Assembly: GCA_043228905.1 (NCBI GenBank)
Contig: JBHGNT010000018.1
Span: 11,532,001 to 11,596,000, forward strand
DNA length: 64,000 nt
Source of the DNA: Azolla caroliniana
Taxonomy: Eukaryota; Plantae; Polypodiophyta
Direction of reading: 5' to 3'
The first letter of the stretch is position 1, and each line of letters opens with the position of its first letter. The notes under the pieces are model-generated. The model saw only the letters and a program-made list of their open reading frames with translations. It had not been told where the DNA came from and did not search any database. Both the position numbers and the translations under genes were made by a program. Below are positions 52,201-64,000 of the stretch, piece by piece.

Positions 52201-53823
52201 TTGCATCCCTTGCTCCACAATTTGGCCGACCGAGACCAAATTCTTCATTATGGTGGGTACATGTAATACATTTTTGATGCAAGTTTGTTTGCCATCTTCC
52301 CCGAATTGGACATTGCCAATATGTCCAATAAGATGAGTGGTGTCACTTTGTTCTCGGCATAACCAGGTCGATCCGGCTCTCATAAGTCACAGAACCATTC
52401 TTGACGGGATGTCATATGGTTCGTAGCACTAGAGTCGACAAACATACATCTTCCGGATTGGAGGCATTAGTCGAAGTAGAGGCCAACATAGAATTACCTC
52501 TATGTCTCATCTCGAACATTCCGCCAAGGTCTTCATAATTGGAGTTAGTGGCATAATTTGTGAGTTTTCAGCTTGTGGAAGCCGACTCGCGCTTCTTCTT
52601 CCGGCACTCTTCTTCATGATGGCCAATTTTCCACAATATCCGCATTCGATTGAGTTTTGTCGACTCAAACCGAAATGGAAGCTCCCCCTTCTTCCGAAGG
52701 TTCCTTGATGGCTTCCATCTTGTTGCCGAAATTGGGAGTTGTTGTCGTAAGTCGGACCTCATCCGCCGCCTTGTCCTTGGCTGAATCGGCCTCTTGCTCG
52801 GCCGCGTCCTCTTCCTCCATTCGAATGAGTGTAGATCATGTGGCCTTCTGAGGCATTGCTCCTTGTTTGAACATGATTCTCTTCGACCAATAACATAGAT
52901 TGAAGATCGAAGAAGGAGGGTGGATTCTCCCGTGCTAGTACGACGGTCCTCATCCCGCCGAATTGTGGTGCAAGGCCGCTGGGGCATATTTGCACCATTT
53001 CTTCATCCTCCACATTGACGCTTATTGAACCGAGTGCATCACAAAGCTCCTTGATCTTGTTGGATGTTGTTCAAGCTTCCTCGCGGTCGTGTTGGCGGCG
53101 AAAATCTTTTGTAGATATTCCCATGCTTCCTTTGGCGTCTCCGCTTCTGGAATGTACCCGAGCATGTGGTCGTGAACACATGTCGCCAAGCAATACATTA
53201 CTCGACTCGCCGCTTGCTCCCATGTTGCATCGTCGGCGTCTTTCAGGTCGGGTCGGTTTTCTTGTGCTTCTTTGATGTAGCTCCAATAGCCTTGACCGAC
53301 AAGGTATTGATGCATCTTGTACTCCCAAGATGCGAAGTTGTTTCGGTCCAACTTCTCGTTGGGAGAGTGCTCCCCATTTGAGTATTCATGTTGTTCGATG
53401 TAGATTTCTTTCTTCTTCTTCTCTCTCGAATACGAGTTATGTAGTCGCACTATGATAGCGATGAGCCGGTTCTTCTTGAAGTCGGCGTAGAGCTCAACAC
53501 ACACGGATGGGCGAGATCAAGCTACCAAACCGCTCTGATACCATGTAAAGAATCAATGGTGATTCTTGTGCAACGGAATAGACTAGAGATATGTGTTGTG
53601 AGTGTGTGTGTGTATGAGAGAGAGAGAGAGAGAGAGAGAAACAGATTTTAAAAAACAATAGAATACTCAAGACGATGTATATTACAAGGGAGATTAACTG
53701 AACTAATTACAAAGTAGGAGGAGAGTGCTTTATATAGTCACTCTCTCTCTTCATTAACTACCGAAGCTCATGAGTCATGGGGGATGTGAAAACTCATTAG
53801 TTATGTGTCATAGAATATGATTC
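49266..53823 (-). mobile_element. Copia family B element, decayed; 3' LTR remnant 49266-49318; 5' LTR from 53544, interrupted at 53824
   Basis: PBS gctctgatacca 53532-53543; both LTR ends start tgtaaagaatc; gag, PR, INT, RT and RH motifs in Copia order. Confidence 0.92.
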
Positions 53824-55002
53824 TGTTGAGAGACAAGCTCAACATCGGCCGGATCGGCTGAAGAAGCCGAGGACCAGATCGGTTGGGACCGATCGGTTAG
53901 GCCGAGTGCGTAAACCGGGAGGCCGTTAGGAAAGATATTCCGTGAGGAATATATTTGGGAGTTAGTGTAGGAGCTCTTAAAGAGCATTGAAGTACGGTCA
54001 GTACTTCGGTCAGTCCTTCGAGGACTTGTATAAAAGTGTTCATGGAACACACATATGTATAGTGTAGTGAATTGAGATCTTTTGTTGAATATAGTTCTTG
54101 TATTTTCTCTCTCTCACCCTCTCTGTCTCTCCTGCGTATACTGCGTAAGCTCAAGCTCTCCATTAAACCTGAGTTTTCTTCCTTCTGTTCAGTCTTCATA
54201 CTTGCTTCTGCACGTTACTTTTTACATGGTATCAAAGCTCGAGAGTTGAGAACCTCTCTGCAGCCGACACAGCTTGACGAAGAAGAACAAGAAGAACGAT
54301 GGATAGAAGCATGGCGAGCTCGCTTCCAACAAAGAAGCTCGACAGAACCAACTACGCGTCTTGGTCTTACAAGATGCACCAGTACCTGCTCGGGCACGTC
54401 TACTGGAGTTATGTCGAAGGAGCTAATGACGCGGCACCCGAATCTACACACAGAGACTTCCCGTCGTGGGAGCAATCGGCGAGTAGGGTATTCTACTGCT
54501 TCGCGTCGTGTGTGGGCGAACAACTATTGAGCTATGTTCGGGATGCAAAGACGCCGAAGGGTGCGTGAGAAAATATGAAGAAGATCTTTGCCGCGGGCAC
54601 CACAGCCAGGAAGCTTCAGCTCCGACAGGAGTTGAGCAACCTACGACAACGCGACTTGTCGGTGGCGGACTATACCTCGAAGATCAAGGATATCTGCGAC
54701 TCCCTCGCCTCCATAGAGGTGAACATCGAGGAGAGCGAGATGGTCCAGATTTGTCTCGGAGGTTTGGCGTCGAAGTTCAGAGCGTTCCGGACGGTTGTGT
54801 GTACCCGGGAGAATACGCCGTCCTTTTTCGACTTACAGTCAATGCTCCTGGTAGAGGAGAACCACGCGGGTGCATCTACAAGCACCCACACCGACAGCAG
54901 AATGTTGTACACGGAGGGAGATAGGCCCCGTGGACGTGGAGGACGAGGTGAGTCGGCGTGCAATGGAGGCGGCCGACGAGATCAAGGAAGAAGGCACCGA
55001 AG

Positions 55003-58000
55003 TGTTGGGATTTCGGTCCCTTTCGGATGGGATGGTCGGATATCGGAGATGAATGCCGACAAGCCCGGTTTCGGTTTCGGATCCGGATGACGAAGACCCC
55101 GGCTTCGGTGCCGGATGACGAATGTACCCGGAGAGCGATCCGGATGCAGGGACATATCCGTGAATATGTTCGCTACGAGCCCCCTGAGGCTATAGTTGTA
55201 AATAGCCCAAAGTCATATAAGTATAAATATGACTTAGGGCAAACAGTTTTACGTTGCTTCTCATTTTTCTGTTTTTCCACTTTAGAGGAGTGAAGAGGGA
55301 GCAGCCGTGTGAGTGAGAGAGAGAGAGAGAGCGCGAGAGAGGAAGAGGTCGACGCCTCTGTGTAACACCGCCGCCTGTGGCGAAGGAAGCGAGCTCAAGG
55401 TCGTTGCCTTGCAGCTCGCCATTGTAAATCTCTCTGTGCATAGTTTGGTTTGGAGTCTCGCACTCCCGTGGTTTTTCCCATATAGGGTTTTCCACGTTAA
55501 TCCTTGTGTACTCGCGTTTCTTCGTTTTGTTTCTACGTGTGTTTCCTATTTTCTGCTCCATTGATCCGCGATTAATCGGTTGTGGCCGAGGGAAGAAGGT
55601 AAATAGAAGCGTCTATTCCTTTCAAATTGGTATCAGAGCGACTGTTGCAGAAAATGGAAGGCGGCGGAAGCGGGCAGCCGATGATGATGGTGCTGAATGC
55701 ACAGAATTACGCCGACTGGAAGATCAAGATGGAGGATCTTCTGATTGTTCGGGACCTGTACGAACCGATTGACAGGTCGGAAATACCGAAAGGGGTACTT
55801 GAGTCGGAGTGGAAGCTCCTGAACCGGAAAGCCGTAGCGACGATCCGACAATATGTCGATGTAAGCGTCCTACAACATGTGGCGAACGACACCAACGCAT
55901 ACGAGATGTGGAAGAAGCTGTCGGGCCTCTATGAGAGGAAGAATGCGTTGAACCGGACCTCCCTGATGAGGAAGATAGTGAATCTCAAGTACCGGGACGG
56001 CGAGAGTATGGTGGAACACGTAAGCACGTTCATGGGATTCGTGAACCAGCTTGCGGCGATCAAGTTCCCGTTGGAGGATGCAATGCAAGCCATCATCCTG
56101 ATGTGTACATTGCCGGACAGCTGGGAGAACTTGGTGGTGACTCTCAGCACCTCCTGCACCGAAGATAACTTGTCTCTACAAACGGTAAAGACAAGTATTT
56201 TGAATGAAGAAGCGCGTCGGAGAGATAAGGAACCGACCTCCGACCCGAAGATGTTGTTTACCGAATCGGATCGGGGAAGACAATGGAACCGGAGTCCGCA
56301 AAGACGGGAGAAGTCGGGGACCCGGTCGCAGTCAAGAGGAAGGCCTACATGCTTCCACTGTGGGAAGCCGGGGCACTTCCGAAAGAATTGTCGGCATTAC
56401 CGAAAAGACATTGGAACCGACAACACCGATTCGAAGAAGTCACCGGAGAGAAACGGTGCATACCGGGGAGCCACGGACCGGAATGGTTCGGATCGGCGAG
56501 GACAGGACCGGAAAGGAACAATGGCACTCGCGGCAAGTGAGGAAGAAATCATGCTCATCACCGAAGAAGGTGAACTAAACATTGCCGGCGATGAGACGAC
56601 CTGGGTGGTCGATTCCGGAGCATCGTTCCACCTGACCCCGGAGAGAAGATACTTCTCATCCTACACAGCCGGTGAGCATGGCTGTGTTCGGATGGGAAAC
56701 GAAGGTACGTGCCGGATTGCCGGCATAGGAGACGTGTGGTTGACAACCCCGACCGGATGCAAAATGCTGCTGAAGAATGTCCGACACGTTCCGGAGGTCC
56801 GACTGAACCTGATTTCGGCCGGGAGGCTAGATGATGAAGGCTACACGGGTAGCATCCGGAACGGTGTCATGAAGTTCAGCAAGGGGAGCTTGATAGTGGC
56901 TCGGGCCCGGAAGGTCAACACACTGTACCTGATGAATGCCCGGCTATGTCCGGAAGAGCTGAATGTGGCAGCCGACACTGCCGGTGAGCTGTGGCACAAA
57001 AGACTGTGCCACATGAGTGAGAAGGGGATGAAGAGGCTTGCAGAAGACAACCTTATTCCAGTGAAGCACGTGCACCTGGAGAAGTGCACCGATTGCCTGG
57101 CCGGTAAACAGAACCGAACCTCCTTCCACTCAAGGCCACCGACGAGACGTAGCGCACCATTGGAGTTGGTGCACACCGACGTGTGTCAGGTAGAAGCGAA
57201 GTCACATGGCGGAGCCCAGTACTTCGTAACATTCATAGATGACCACAGCCGAAGACTGTGGACGGCACCTTTGAAGACAAAGGACCAAGTATTGTGCGTC
57301 TTCAAAGAACTCCACGCGAGAGTGGAAAGAGAATCCGGCAAGAAGCTGAAAGCGATACGAGCGGATAACGGAGGAGAATACCGGGGACAGTTCCAGGAGT
57401 ACTGTCGCTCGAAGGGAATCCGACTCGAGTTTACTGTGCCGAAGACGCCGGAACTGAACGGGCTGGCCGAGAGGATGAACCGGACCATAATGGAGAGGGT
57501 CCGGAGTATGCTGGCGCATGCGAAATTACCCAAGGGATTTTGGGCTGAGGCAATGTCGACGGCGACATATGTGATAAACCGATCACCCTCAGTACCTTTG
57601 GACGGAGACACGCCGCAGAGAGTGTGGACCGGTAGAGAAGTATCCTACCGGCATCTAAAGGTGTTCGGGTGTCTCGCATACGTGCATGTGGCAAAGGACC
57701 GGAGAGGAAAGCTAGATCCGAAGACCCGGCCATGCATATTCCTCGGTTACGGCGACGACGAGTTCGGCTACCGAGTATGGGACCCGGTCGACAAGAAGAT
57801 ATTCAGGAGTCGAGACATCATCTTCATGGAGGACAAGACACTCGCCGACTGGGAGTCGGAGAAGAAGATGAAGAGCTCCAAGTCGACCGGTGAGGATCAA
57901 CTCTACGAGGAGCAGTCCCGACCGGCAAGGGACCGGTTAACACTCGAGGATCCGGCCGAAGACGGTGAAGAAACAGAACCGGCCGAAGAAGACGAAAATG

Positions 58001-60360
58001 ATACCGGAACCGGCCCCGATCCCGAAATGGATTCGGATGAAGAAGAATCGGAAGAACCGGTTACCGAAGCTCCCGAACGGAGATATCCTCTAAGAGAGAG
58101 GAGGGCCCCCCGGAGATTTCCGGATCCAGAGCACGTGCTGCTAACCGACGAGGGGGAGCCGGAGAGCTTTGAAGAAGCAAAGCACGACACCCAGAGCCGT
58201 AGGTGGTTGAGTGCCATGCAGGACGAGATGGATTCCCTGCATGAGAACCACACATATGAACTTGTGAAGTTGCCGAAAGGAAAGCGGGCACTTCGAAACA
58301 AGTGGGTGTACAAGCTGAAACCGGGAGATGCCGGAAACCCCCCGAGATACAAAGCCAGGATCGTGGTGAAGGGGTTTCAGCAGAAGAAGGGCGTCGACTT
58401 CGACGAGATATTTGCCCCGGTAGTGAAGATGACCTCCATCCGGACGGTGCTGAGCATAGCGGCAAGCATGGACCTCGAGGTAGAACAGATGGACGTGAAG
58501 ACGGCATTCCTTCACGGCGACCTCGATGAAGAGATCTACATGCAGCAACCGGAAGGATTCGAGAAGGAAGGGAAGGAGCACCTGGTATGCCGGTTGAAGA
58601 AGAGCCTTTACGGACTGAAGCAGGCTCCCCGGCAATGGTACCGGAAGTTCGACTCCTTCATGACCGACGAAGGGTACCTCAAAACGCAGTCCGACCACTG
58701 CGTGTTGGTGAAGAAGTTCGAAGGAGGAGACTTTCTAATACTCCTCCTGTACGTGGACGACATGTTGATCGTCGGACGGGACCAGGTCAAGATACGGATG
58801 CTGAAGAAGGCTCTTCACCGAACCTTCTCAATGAAGGACCTGGGTCCGGCGAGGCAAATACTAGGGATGCACATCATCCGGGACCGGAAGAAGAAGCAGT
58901 TGTGGCTGTCACAGGAGAAGTACGTGACGAAGGTGCTTCACCGGTTCAACATGTCGGAAGCAAGACCGGTCGGATCGACCCTCCCGGCAAACTGCAAGCT
59001 GTCCAGCAAGCAAAGTCCCAAGACAAAGGCTGAAAAGGAGGATATGACGAAAGTGCCGTATGCCTCAGCCGTCGGGAGCTTGATGTACGCCATGGTGTGT
59101 ACGAGACCTGACATAGGATATGCAGTCGGAGTGGTGAGCCGGTACATGAGCAATCCCGGCAAAGAGCATTGGAACGCGGTCAAGTGGATACTCCGATACC
59201 TGAAGGGCACGGCAAACGTGTGCCTCCGATTCGGCTCCGGTAAGCCCGAACTCGACGGTTTCACCGATTCGGATATGTCGGCTGATGCAGATACCAGCCG
59301 GTCCACATCAGGGTATGTGATGACGTATGCAGGGGGAGCTGTTTCATGGCAGTCGAGGCTGCAGAAGACGGTTGCGTTGTCAACCACGGAGGCGGAGTAC
59401 ATGGCGGCTGTTGAAGCCGGCAAGGAAGTAATATGGATGAAGGACTTCATTCGAGAGCTCGGTATCCGGCAGGAGGAGTACCGACTCTACTGCGACAGTC
59501 AGAGTGCAATCCACCTTGCGAAGAACGCGGCCTATCACTCCCGGACGAAGCACATCCAGCGAAGATATCACTGGATCCGGGAAAGGATAGAAGACAAGGA
59601 GTTCGTGCTGACGAAGATCCACACCGACGAGAACGGGTCGGATATGCTGACCAAGGTGCTCACACCCGACAAGCTGGAAGCATGCCGGAAGAGGATCGGA
59701 TTGGAAAGACATCCCATGCCGAAGTGAAGGGGGAGTTTGTTGGGATTTCGGTCCCTTTCGGATGGGATGGTCGGATATCGGAGATGAATGCCGACAAGCC
59801 CGGTTTCGGTTTCGGATCCGGATGACGAAGACCCCGGCTTCGGTGCCGGATGACGAATGTACCCGGAGAGCGATCCGGATGCAGGGACATATCCGTGAAT
59901 ATGTTCGCTACGAGCCCCCTGAGGCTATAGTTGTAAATAGCCCAAAGTCATATAAGTATAAATATGACTTAGGGCAAACAGTTTTACTGTTGCTTCTCAT
60001 TTTTCTGTTTTTCCACTTTAGAGGAGTGAAGAGGGAGCAGCCGTGTGAGTGAGAGAGAGAGAGAGAGCGCGAGAGAGGAAGAGGTCGACGCCTCTGTGTA
60101 ACACCGCCGCCTGTGGCGAAGGAAGCGAGCTCAAGGTCGTTGCCTTGCAGCTCGCCATTGTAAATCTCTCTGTGCATAGTTTGGTTTGGAGTCTCGCACT
60201 CCCGTGGTTTTTCCCATATAGGGTTTTCCACGTTAATCCTTGTGTACTCGCGTTTCTTCGTTTTGTTTCTACGTGTGTTTCCTATTTTCTGCTCCATTGA
60301 TCCGCGATTAATCGGTTGTGGCCGAGGGAAGAAGGTAAATAGAAGCGTCTATTCCTTTCA
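55003..60360 (+). mobile_element. Intact Ty1/Copia (family A, Tnt1/Tork-like)
   Basis: LTRs 55003-55624 and 59738-60360 differ only by a 1-bp indel; TSD CGAAG; Met PBS 55628-55639; PPT gaagggggag. Confidence 0.99.
55654..59727 (+). CDS. Copia Gag-Pol polyprotein, 1357 aa
   Basis: Uninterrupted ORF: CCHC, DSGA protease, HHCC, DDE integrase, YVDD RT, RNase H; first ATG at 55654. Confidence 0.98.
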   Translation: MEGGGSGQPMMMVLNAQNYADWKIKMEDLLIVRDLYEPIDRSEIPKGVLESEWKLLNRKAVATIRQYVDVSVLQHVANDTNAYEMWKKLSGLYERKNALNRTSLMRKIVNLKYRDGESMVEHVSTFMGFVNQLAAIKFPLEDAMQAIILMCTLPDSWENLVVTLSTSCTEDNLSLQTVKTSILNEEARRRDKEPTSDPKMLFTESDRGRQWNRSPQRREKSGTRSQSRGRPTCFHCGKPGHFRKNCRHYRKDIGTDNTDSKKSPERNGAYRGATDRNGSDRRGQDRKGTMALAASEEEIMLITEEGELNIAGDETTWVVDSGASFHLTPERRYFSSYTAGEHGCVRMGNEGTCRIAGIGDVWLTTPTGCKMLLKNVRHVPEVRLNLISAGRLDDEGYTGSIRNGVMKFSKGSLIVARARKVNTLYLMNARLCPEELNVAADTAGELWHKRLCHMSEKGMKRLAEDNLIPVKHVHLEKCTDCLAGKQNRTSFHSRPPTRRSAPLELVHTDVCQVEAKSHGGAQYFVTFIDDHSRRLWTAPLKTKDQVLCVFKELHARVERESGKKLKAIRADNGGEYRGQFQEYCRSKGIRLEFTVPKTPELNGLAERMNRTIMERVRSMLAHAKLPKGFWAEAMSTATYVINRSPSVPLDGDTPQRVWTGREVSYRHLKVFGCLAYVHVAKDRRGKLDPKTRPCIFLGYGDDEFGYRVWDPVDKKIFRSRDIIFMEDKTLADWESEKKMKSSKSTGEDQLYEEQSRPARDRLTLEDPAEDGEETEPAEEDENDTGTGPDPEMDSDEEESEEPVTEAPERRYPLRERRAPRRFPDPEHVLLTDEGEPESFEEAKHDTQSRRWLSAMQDEMDSLHENHTYELVKLPKGKRALRNKWVYKLKPGDAGNPPRYKARIVVKGFQQKKGVDFDEIFAPVVKMTSIRTVLSIAASMDLEVEQMDVKTAFLHGDLDEEIYMQQPEGFEKEGKEHLVCRLKKSLYGLKQAPRQWYRKFDSFMTDEGYLKTQSDHCVLVKKFEGGDFLILLLYVDDMLIVGRDQVKIRMLKKALHRTFSMKDLGPARQILGMHIIRDRKKKQLWLSQEKYVTKVLHRFNMSEARPVGSTLPANCKLSSKQSPKTKAEKEDMTKVPYASAVGSLMYAMVCTRPDIGYAVGVVSRYMSNPGKEHWNAVKWILRYLKGTANVCLRFGSGKPELDGFTDSDMSADADTSRSTSGYVMTYAGGAVSWQSRLQKTVALSTTEAEYMAAVEAGKEVIWMKDFIRELGIRQEEYRLYCDSQSAIHLAKNAAYHSRTKHIQRRYHWIRERIEDKEFVLTKIHTDENGSDMLTKVLTPDKLEACRKRIGLERHPMPK

Positions 60361-63300
60361 CGAAGTGATGCCGACAGCAACTCCGGACCCTCCGGAAACA
60401 GGGGGAGTCGAAGCGATGAGAACCGGCAAGGGAAGGCCATCGCGGAGTGCTAGTACTGTGGCAAGAAAGGCCACAGGGAAAGTGAGTGCTGGAAGAAGCG
60501 CGCCGATTCGGAGAGAACCGGTTCCGGAAATGGCTCTGGATATACCGACAAGGGAAATCGGCAGCGATCACACTACGCCGAAGACTCCGGGAGAGCCAGA
60601 GAAGGGTCTGCCTTCGTTACGAGACACGAAGCAAAGTCAATGAAATGGATCACCCCGAGATCGGACGAGGTGTGGTACGTAGACTCCGGCGCGTCAAACC
60701 ACATGACGAGCCATAAGGAGTGGTTCTCGTACCTTGAAAAACCGATACAACCTGGAGTAGTCGTAACTGGAGACGACACTCCGCATCCGATCGCGAATGT
60801 CGGAGAAGTTCCCCTTAGCCATGTCGGGCAGAAAGGGAAACTCATGAACGTGCTGCACGTTCCGACAATCACGAAGAACTTGGTCTCGGTCGGACAGATC
60901 GTCGACCAAGGGATGGAGGTTTGGTTTACACACCTCGGGTGCTTCATTGAGGAAGAAGGCCGTGTGATTGCGCAAGGGCGCAGAGACGGGAGGACGTTCA
61001 TCCTCGACTCCACTGACGGTGGCACCTCAATGTTCGCGAAGGGAAGAAAAACCGAGTCGAACATCGACTTGTGGCACAAGCGGATAGGCCACGTCAACTA
61101 CCAACGGCTTCAAGATCTACAATCGAAACAGGTAGTGTTCGGATTGCCCAAATTTAGTGGCCGAAAGGCACAAATTTGTGAAGCCTGCCAGCTCGGCAAG
61201 CAACTCCGACTTCCTTTCCCCAACGAACAAAACCGGAGCCGGAATAAGCTCGACCTTATACACTCCGATGTATGGGGGCCAACACAAAACGTTAGTCTTG
61301 GCGGGAGCCGATATTTCATCTCCTTCATCGACGACCACACGTGGCACACGTGGATCTACCTCATTGAGAGGAAGAGCGAAGTCTTCGACTGTTTCCGGGC
61401 CCTCAAAGGGTTCGTGGAAACGGAAACGGGACGAAAGATCAAGTGCCTGTGGTCGGATGGCGGGAAAGAGTACTTTTCTGGTCAATTCAACGGTTATCTA
61501 CAACAAATGGGAATTCGGCGCGAATTCAATTGTAGATACACGCCGGAGCAGAACGGTGTGGCCGAGAGGAAGAATCGGTCAGTTGTGGAAGCGGCACGAG
61601 CAATGTTGGAGGAGAAGAGCTTGCCCAAGTTCTATTGGGCCGAGGCGGTAAGGACCGTGGTATACATCCAGAACCAGATCGGAGACAAAGTGTCGGCGCA
61701 CGAGCTGTATTTCGGAACGAAGCCGAACTTGCGACTCTTGAGGGTGTTCGGTAGCATTGCGTATGTGCATGGACCGAAGGAGAAATGGAGGAAACTGGAC
61801 GCAAAGGCCGAGAAATGCATCTTGGTCGGTTACTCGGACGAGTAGAAGGGTTATAAGTGCTATAACCCTTGCACCAAACAAGCGCATGTCAGCCGCGACG
61901 TTGTGTTTGACGAGTCCGCATCCTGGTACCAGCCCCCGACTCCGAACCCCGACTCCAATCCGAGCTCTGACGATGAGGTCAGCGAGGCCGAGATGCCTCC
62001 GGATGAGCCCGAAATCGAGACCCGCGAAGAGAGTCCTATTTCACTCCGTTTAAGTGGACCAATTGGACGACTGAGTCGGTACGACTAGTCCGATGAAGAG
62101 CCGGCGAGTAGTGGAAACTCGGTCGTGCATTCCCCGCGCAGGAAGCCGAGGAGACGGCTTACGCGCAAAGAGAAAGGGAAGAAGAAGGTATCGGATTCCG
62201 GCACGGATAAGAACGAGTCAGAACGACGCGAGTCCGACTCCGAGGGAACCGGTGACGGGCCTTTAAAGGTGGAGACCGCGTCGACCAAGAAGGCCTCGAC
62301 ATCGGCTAATGTGAGATTACGCCGATCTACCCGCCAGAAGAATCTTATTTTGTGGTTCGGATACAACTAGTACATGGCGCACCAAGAGGGGTAAAACTGA
62401 TCGGGTGTAGGTGGGTGTACAAGGTCAAGTACAACACCGATGGCTCGGTCAACCGGTACAAGGCTCGGCTAGTGGCAAAGGGCTACGCGCAGAAACACGG
62501 CATCGACTACAATGAGACGTTTGCGCCGGTCACGAAAATGACGACCGTCCGTGGTTTGCTCGCAGTAGCTGCGGTGAAGGGGTGGCACTTACATCAGATG
62601 GATGTAAAGAATGCATTCCTGCAAGGTGACCTTGAGGAACAGGTGTACATGGTACAGCCCCCCGGATTTCACTCTGGATTGAACTCCTTGGTAGTATGCC
62701 GACTGAAGAAGTCCCTTTACGGACTGAAGCAAGCCCTGCATGTCTGGAACGCGAAGATCACGCAACAATTGCGTCGGATGGGCTTCGTCACGTCAAAATC
62801 GCACTCTTCCCTGTTCATCTGGAAAGGTCGACTCGGACCGGTTAGTATTTTACTATATGTTGATGACTTGGTCATCACCGGCGCCGACCTACGTGAAATC
62901 GACCGCGTGAAGCTCCAGCTTGCGGCATCATTCGACATGAAGGATCTGTGAGACCTTCATTACTTCCTCGGGATCGAAGTGATCCATACCCCCGAAGGCA
63001 TATTGATCAGCCAACGTCACTACGTGCTGAGTATGCTCTTCAAATTCGGGATGGCCGATTGTAAGTCAGTCTCGACTCCTCTGGACAGAACCGTCAAGCT
63101 TCGTCCCGATACGGGAACGGTATGCGACCCGACGAGGTTCCGAAAAATTGTCGGAAGCCTCATATACTTGACCATCACCGGACCCGACCTCAGTTATCCA
63201 GTCGGAGTGATCAGTCAGTTCATGGCTCGACCTACCGAGGAACACCTTCAATGTGCGCAACGCATACTTCGGTATGTCAACGGCACTAAGGACCGGGGAC

Positions 63301-63668
63301 TGCTATATCAGACCGGTGCAGCCGCGCAGTTAGTCGGCAACACCGATGCTGACTGGGCTGGCAACGCCGCCGATCGCCGATCCACGTCCGGATACGCGTT
63401 CTCCCTCGGGAGTGCCGCGATCGCGTGGAGCAGTAAGAAGCATCCGACAGTTGCACTGTCGAGCACCGAAGCTGAGTACCGAGGAGCGGCTGTCGCGACA
63501 TGCGAAGCCATATGGTTGAAGCGGCTACTTAAGGACCTGCAAGAAGAGGTGTCAGATCCGACGACGATCTACTGCAACAACCTCAGCAACATCCAGCTCG
63601 TGAAAAACCCCGTTTTCCACACACGGACCAAGCACATTGAGGTGCACTACCATTTCGTCCGTGAGCGT

Positions 63669-64000
63669 TGTCGTGAAGAATGTGCTTCACGATATAAAAA
63701 TGAGCTTAAATGTTGTATTTAATAATATTTGAGAGACTTGAACCCACATCCTTATATACGATGTACAATGTACATACCACTAGGCTAGGCTATTTATTTG
63801 TAAAAGTGTGTAATAAATGTGCTTTATGATATAAGAATGAAGCTATATATTGTATTAAGTAAAATTGAGGGACTTGAACCCTCAACCTTGTATACCAAGC
63901 ACCAAGCACCAAGCATACACCACTAAGCTAGGTTCGTTATTTTAGAATGCATTTTCATCATTATACTTATCCCATATCTATTTTCATACATAGCCATCAT
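63669..64000. repeat. Start of a TGTCGTGAAG-type LTR with two tRNA-like modules (63731-63793 and 63865-63935, minus strand)
   Basis: Same 10-bp terminus as 36038; interrupts Copia HFVRER|V; modules TAGCCTAGTGGTA...GGGTTCAAGTCTC and TAGCTTAGTGGT...GAGGGTTCAAGTCCCTC. Confidence 0.75.

Larger units (their letters stand above)
53824..63668 (+). mobile_element. Copia family B element, decayed; host of the intact Copia; 5' LTR 53824-54226
   Basis: TG...CA LTR, PBS at 54227, gag 54311-55002 resuming at 60361, PR/INT 60640-61845, RT/RH 62383-63668 with stops and a deletion at ~62382. Confidence 0.93.

Overview
This is transposon-only plant DNA: no host gene, rRNA or functional tRNA was found. The element mix (Tcn1-like chromovirus, RTE-X-like LINE, Trp-primed Gypsy) suggests a bryophyte or other non-seed plant, which is inference. 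The window is a deep nest of about 20 mostly decayed insertions. One Ty1/Copia (55003-60360) is intact and very young. The most unusual object is a 13.2-kb TIR DNA transposon (2319-15539; GGG-type 25-bp TIRs, 4-bp TSD, Sola2-like transposase N-terminus). It carries accessory genes for a RING-H2 finger and an FCP1/SCP-like pseudo-phosphatase, and its introns are built from a palindromic TAGCTAATTAGCTA satellite and telo-box repeats. Two further patterns stand out. Three different LTR types embed tRNA-like Pol III A/B-box modules, which face away from the LTR promoter where orientation can be read. All four readable insertion sites of TGTCG-ended LTRs (two of them tRNA-Trp-primed Gypsy) are 4-bp N-CG-N sites.
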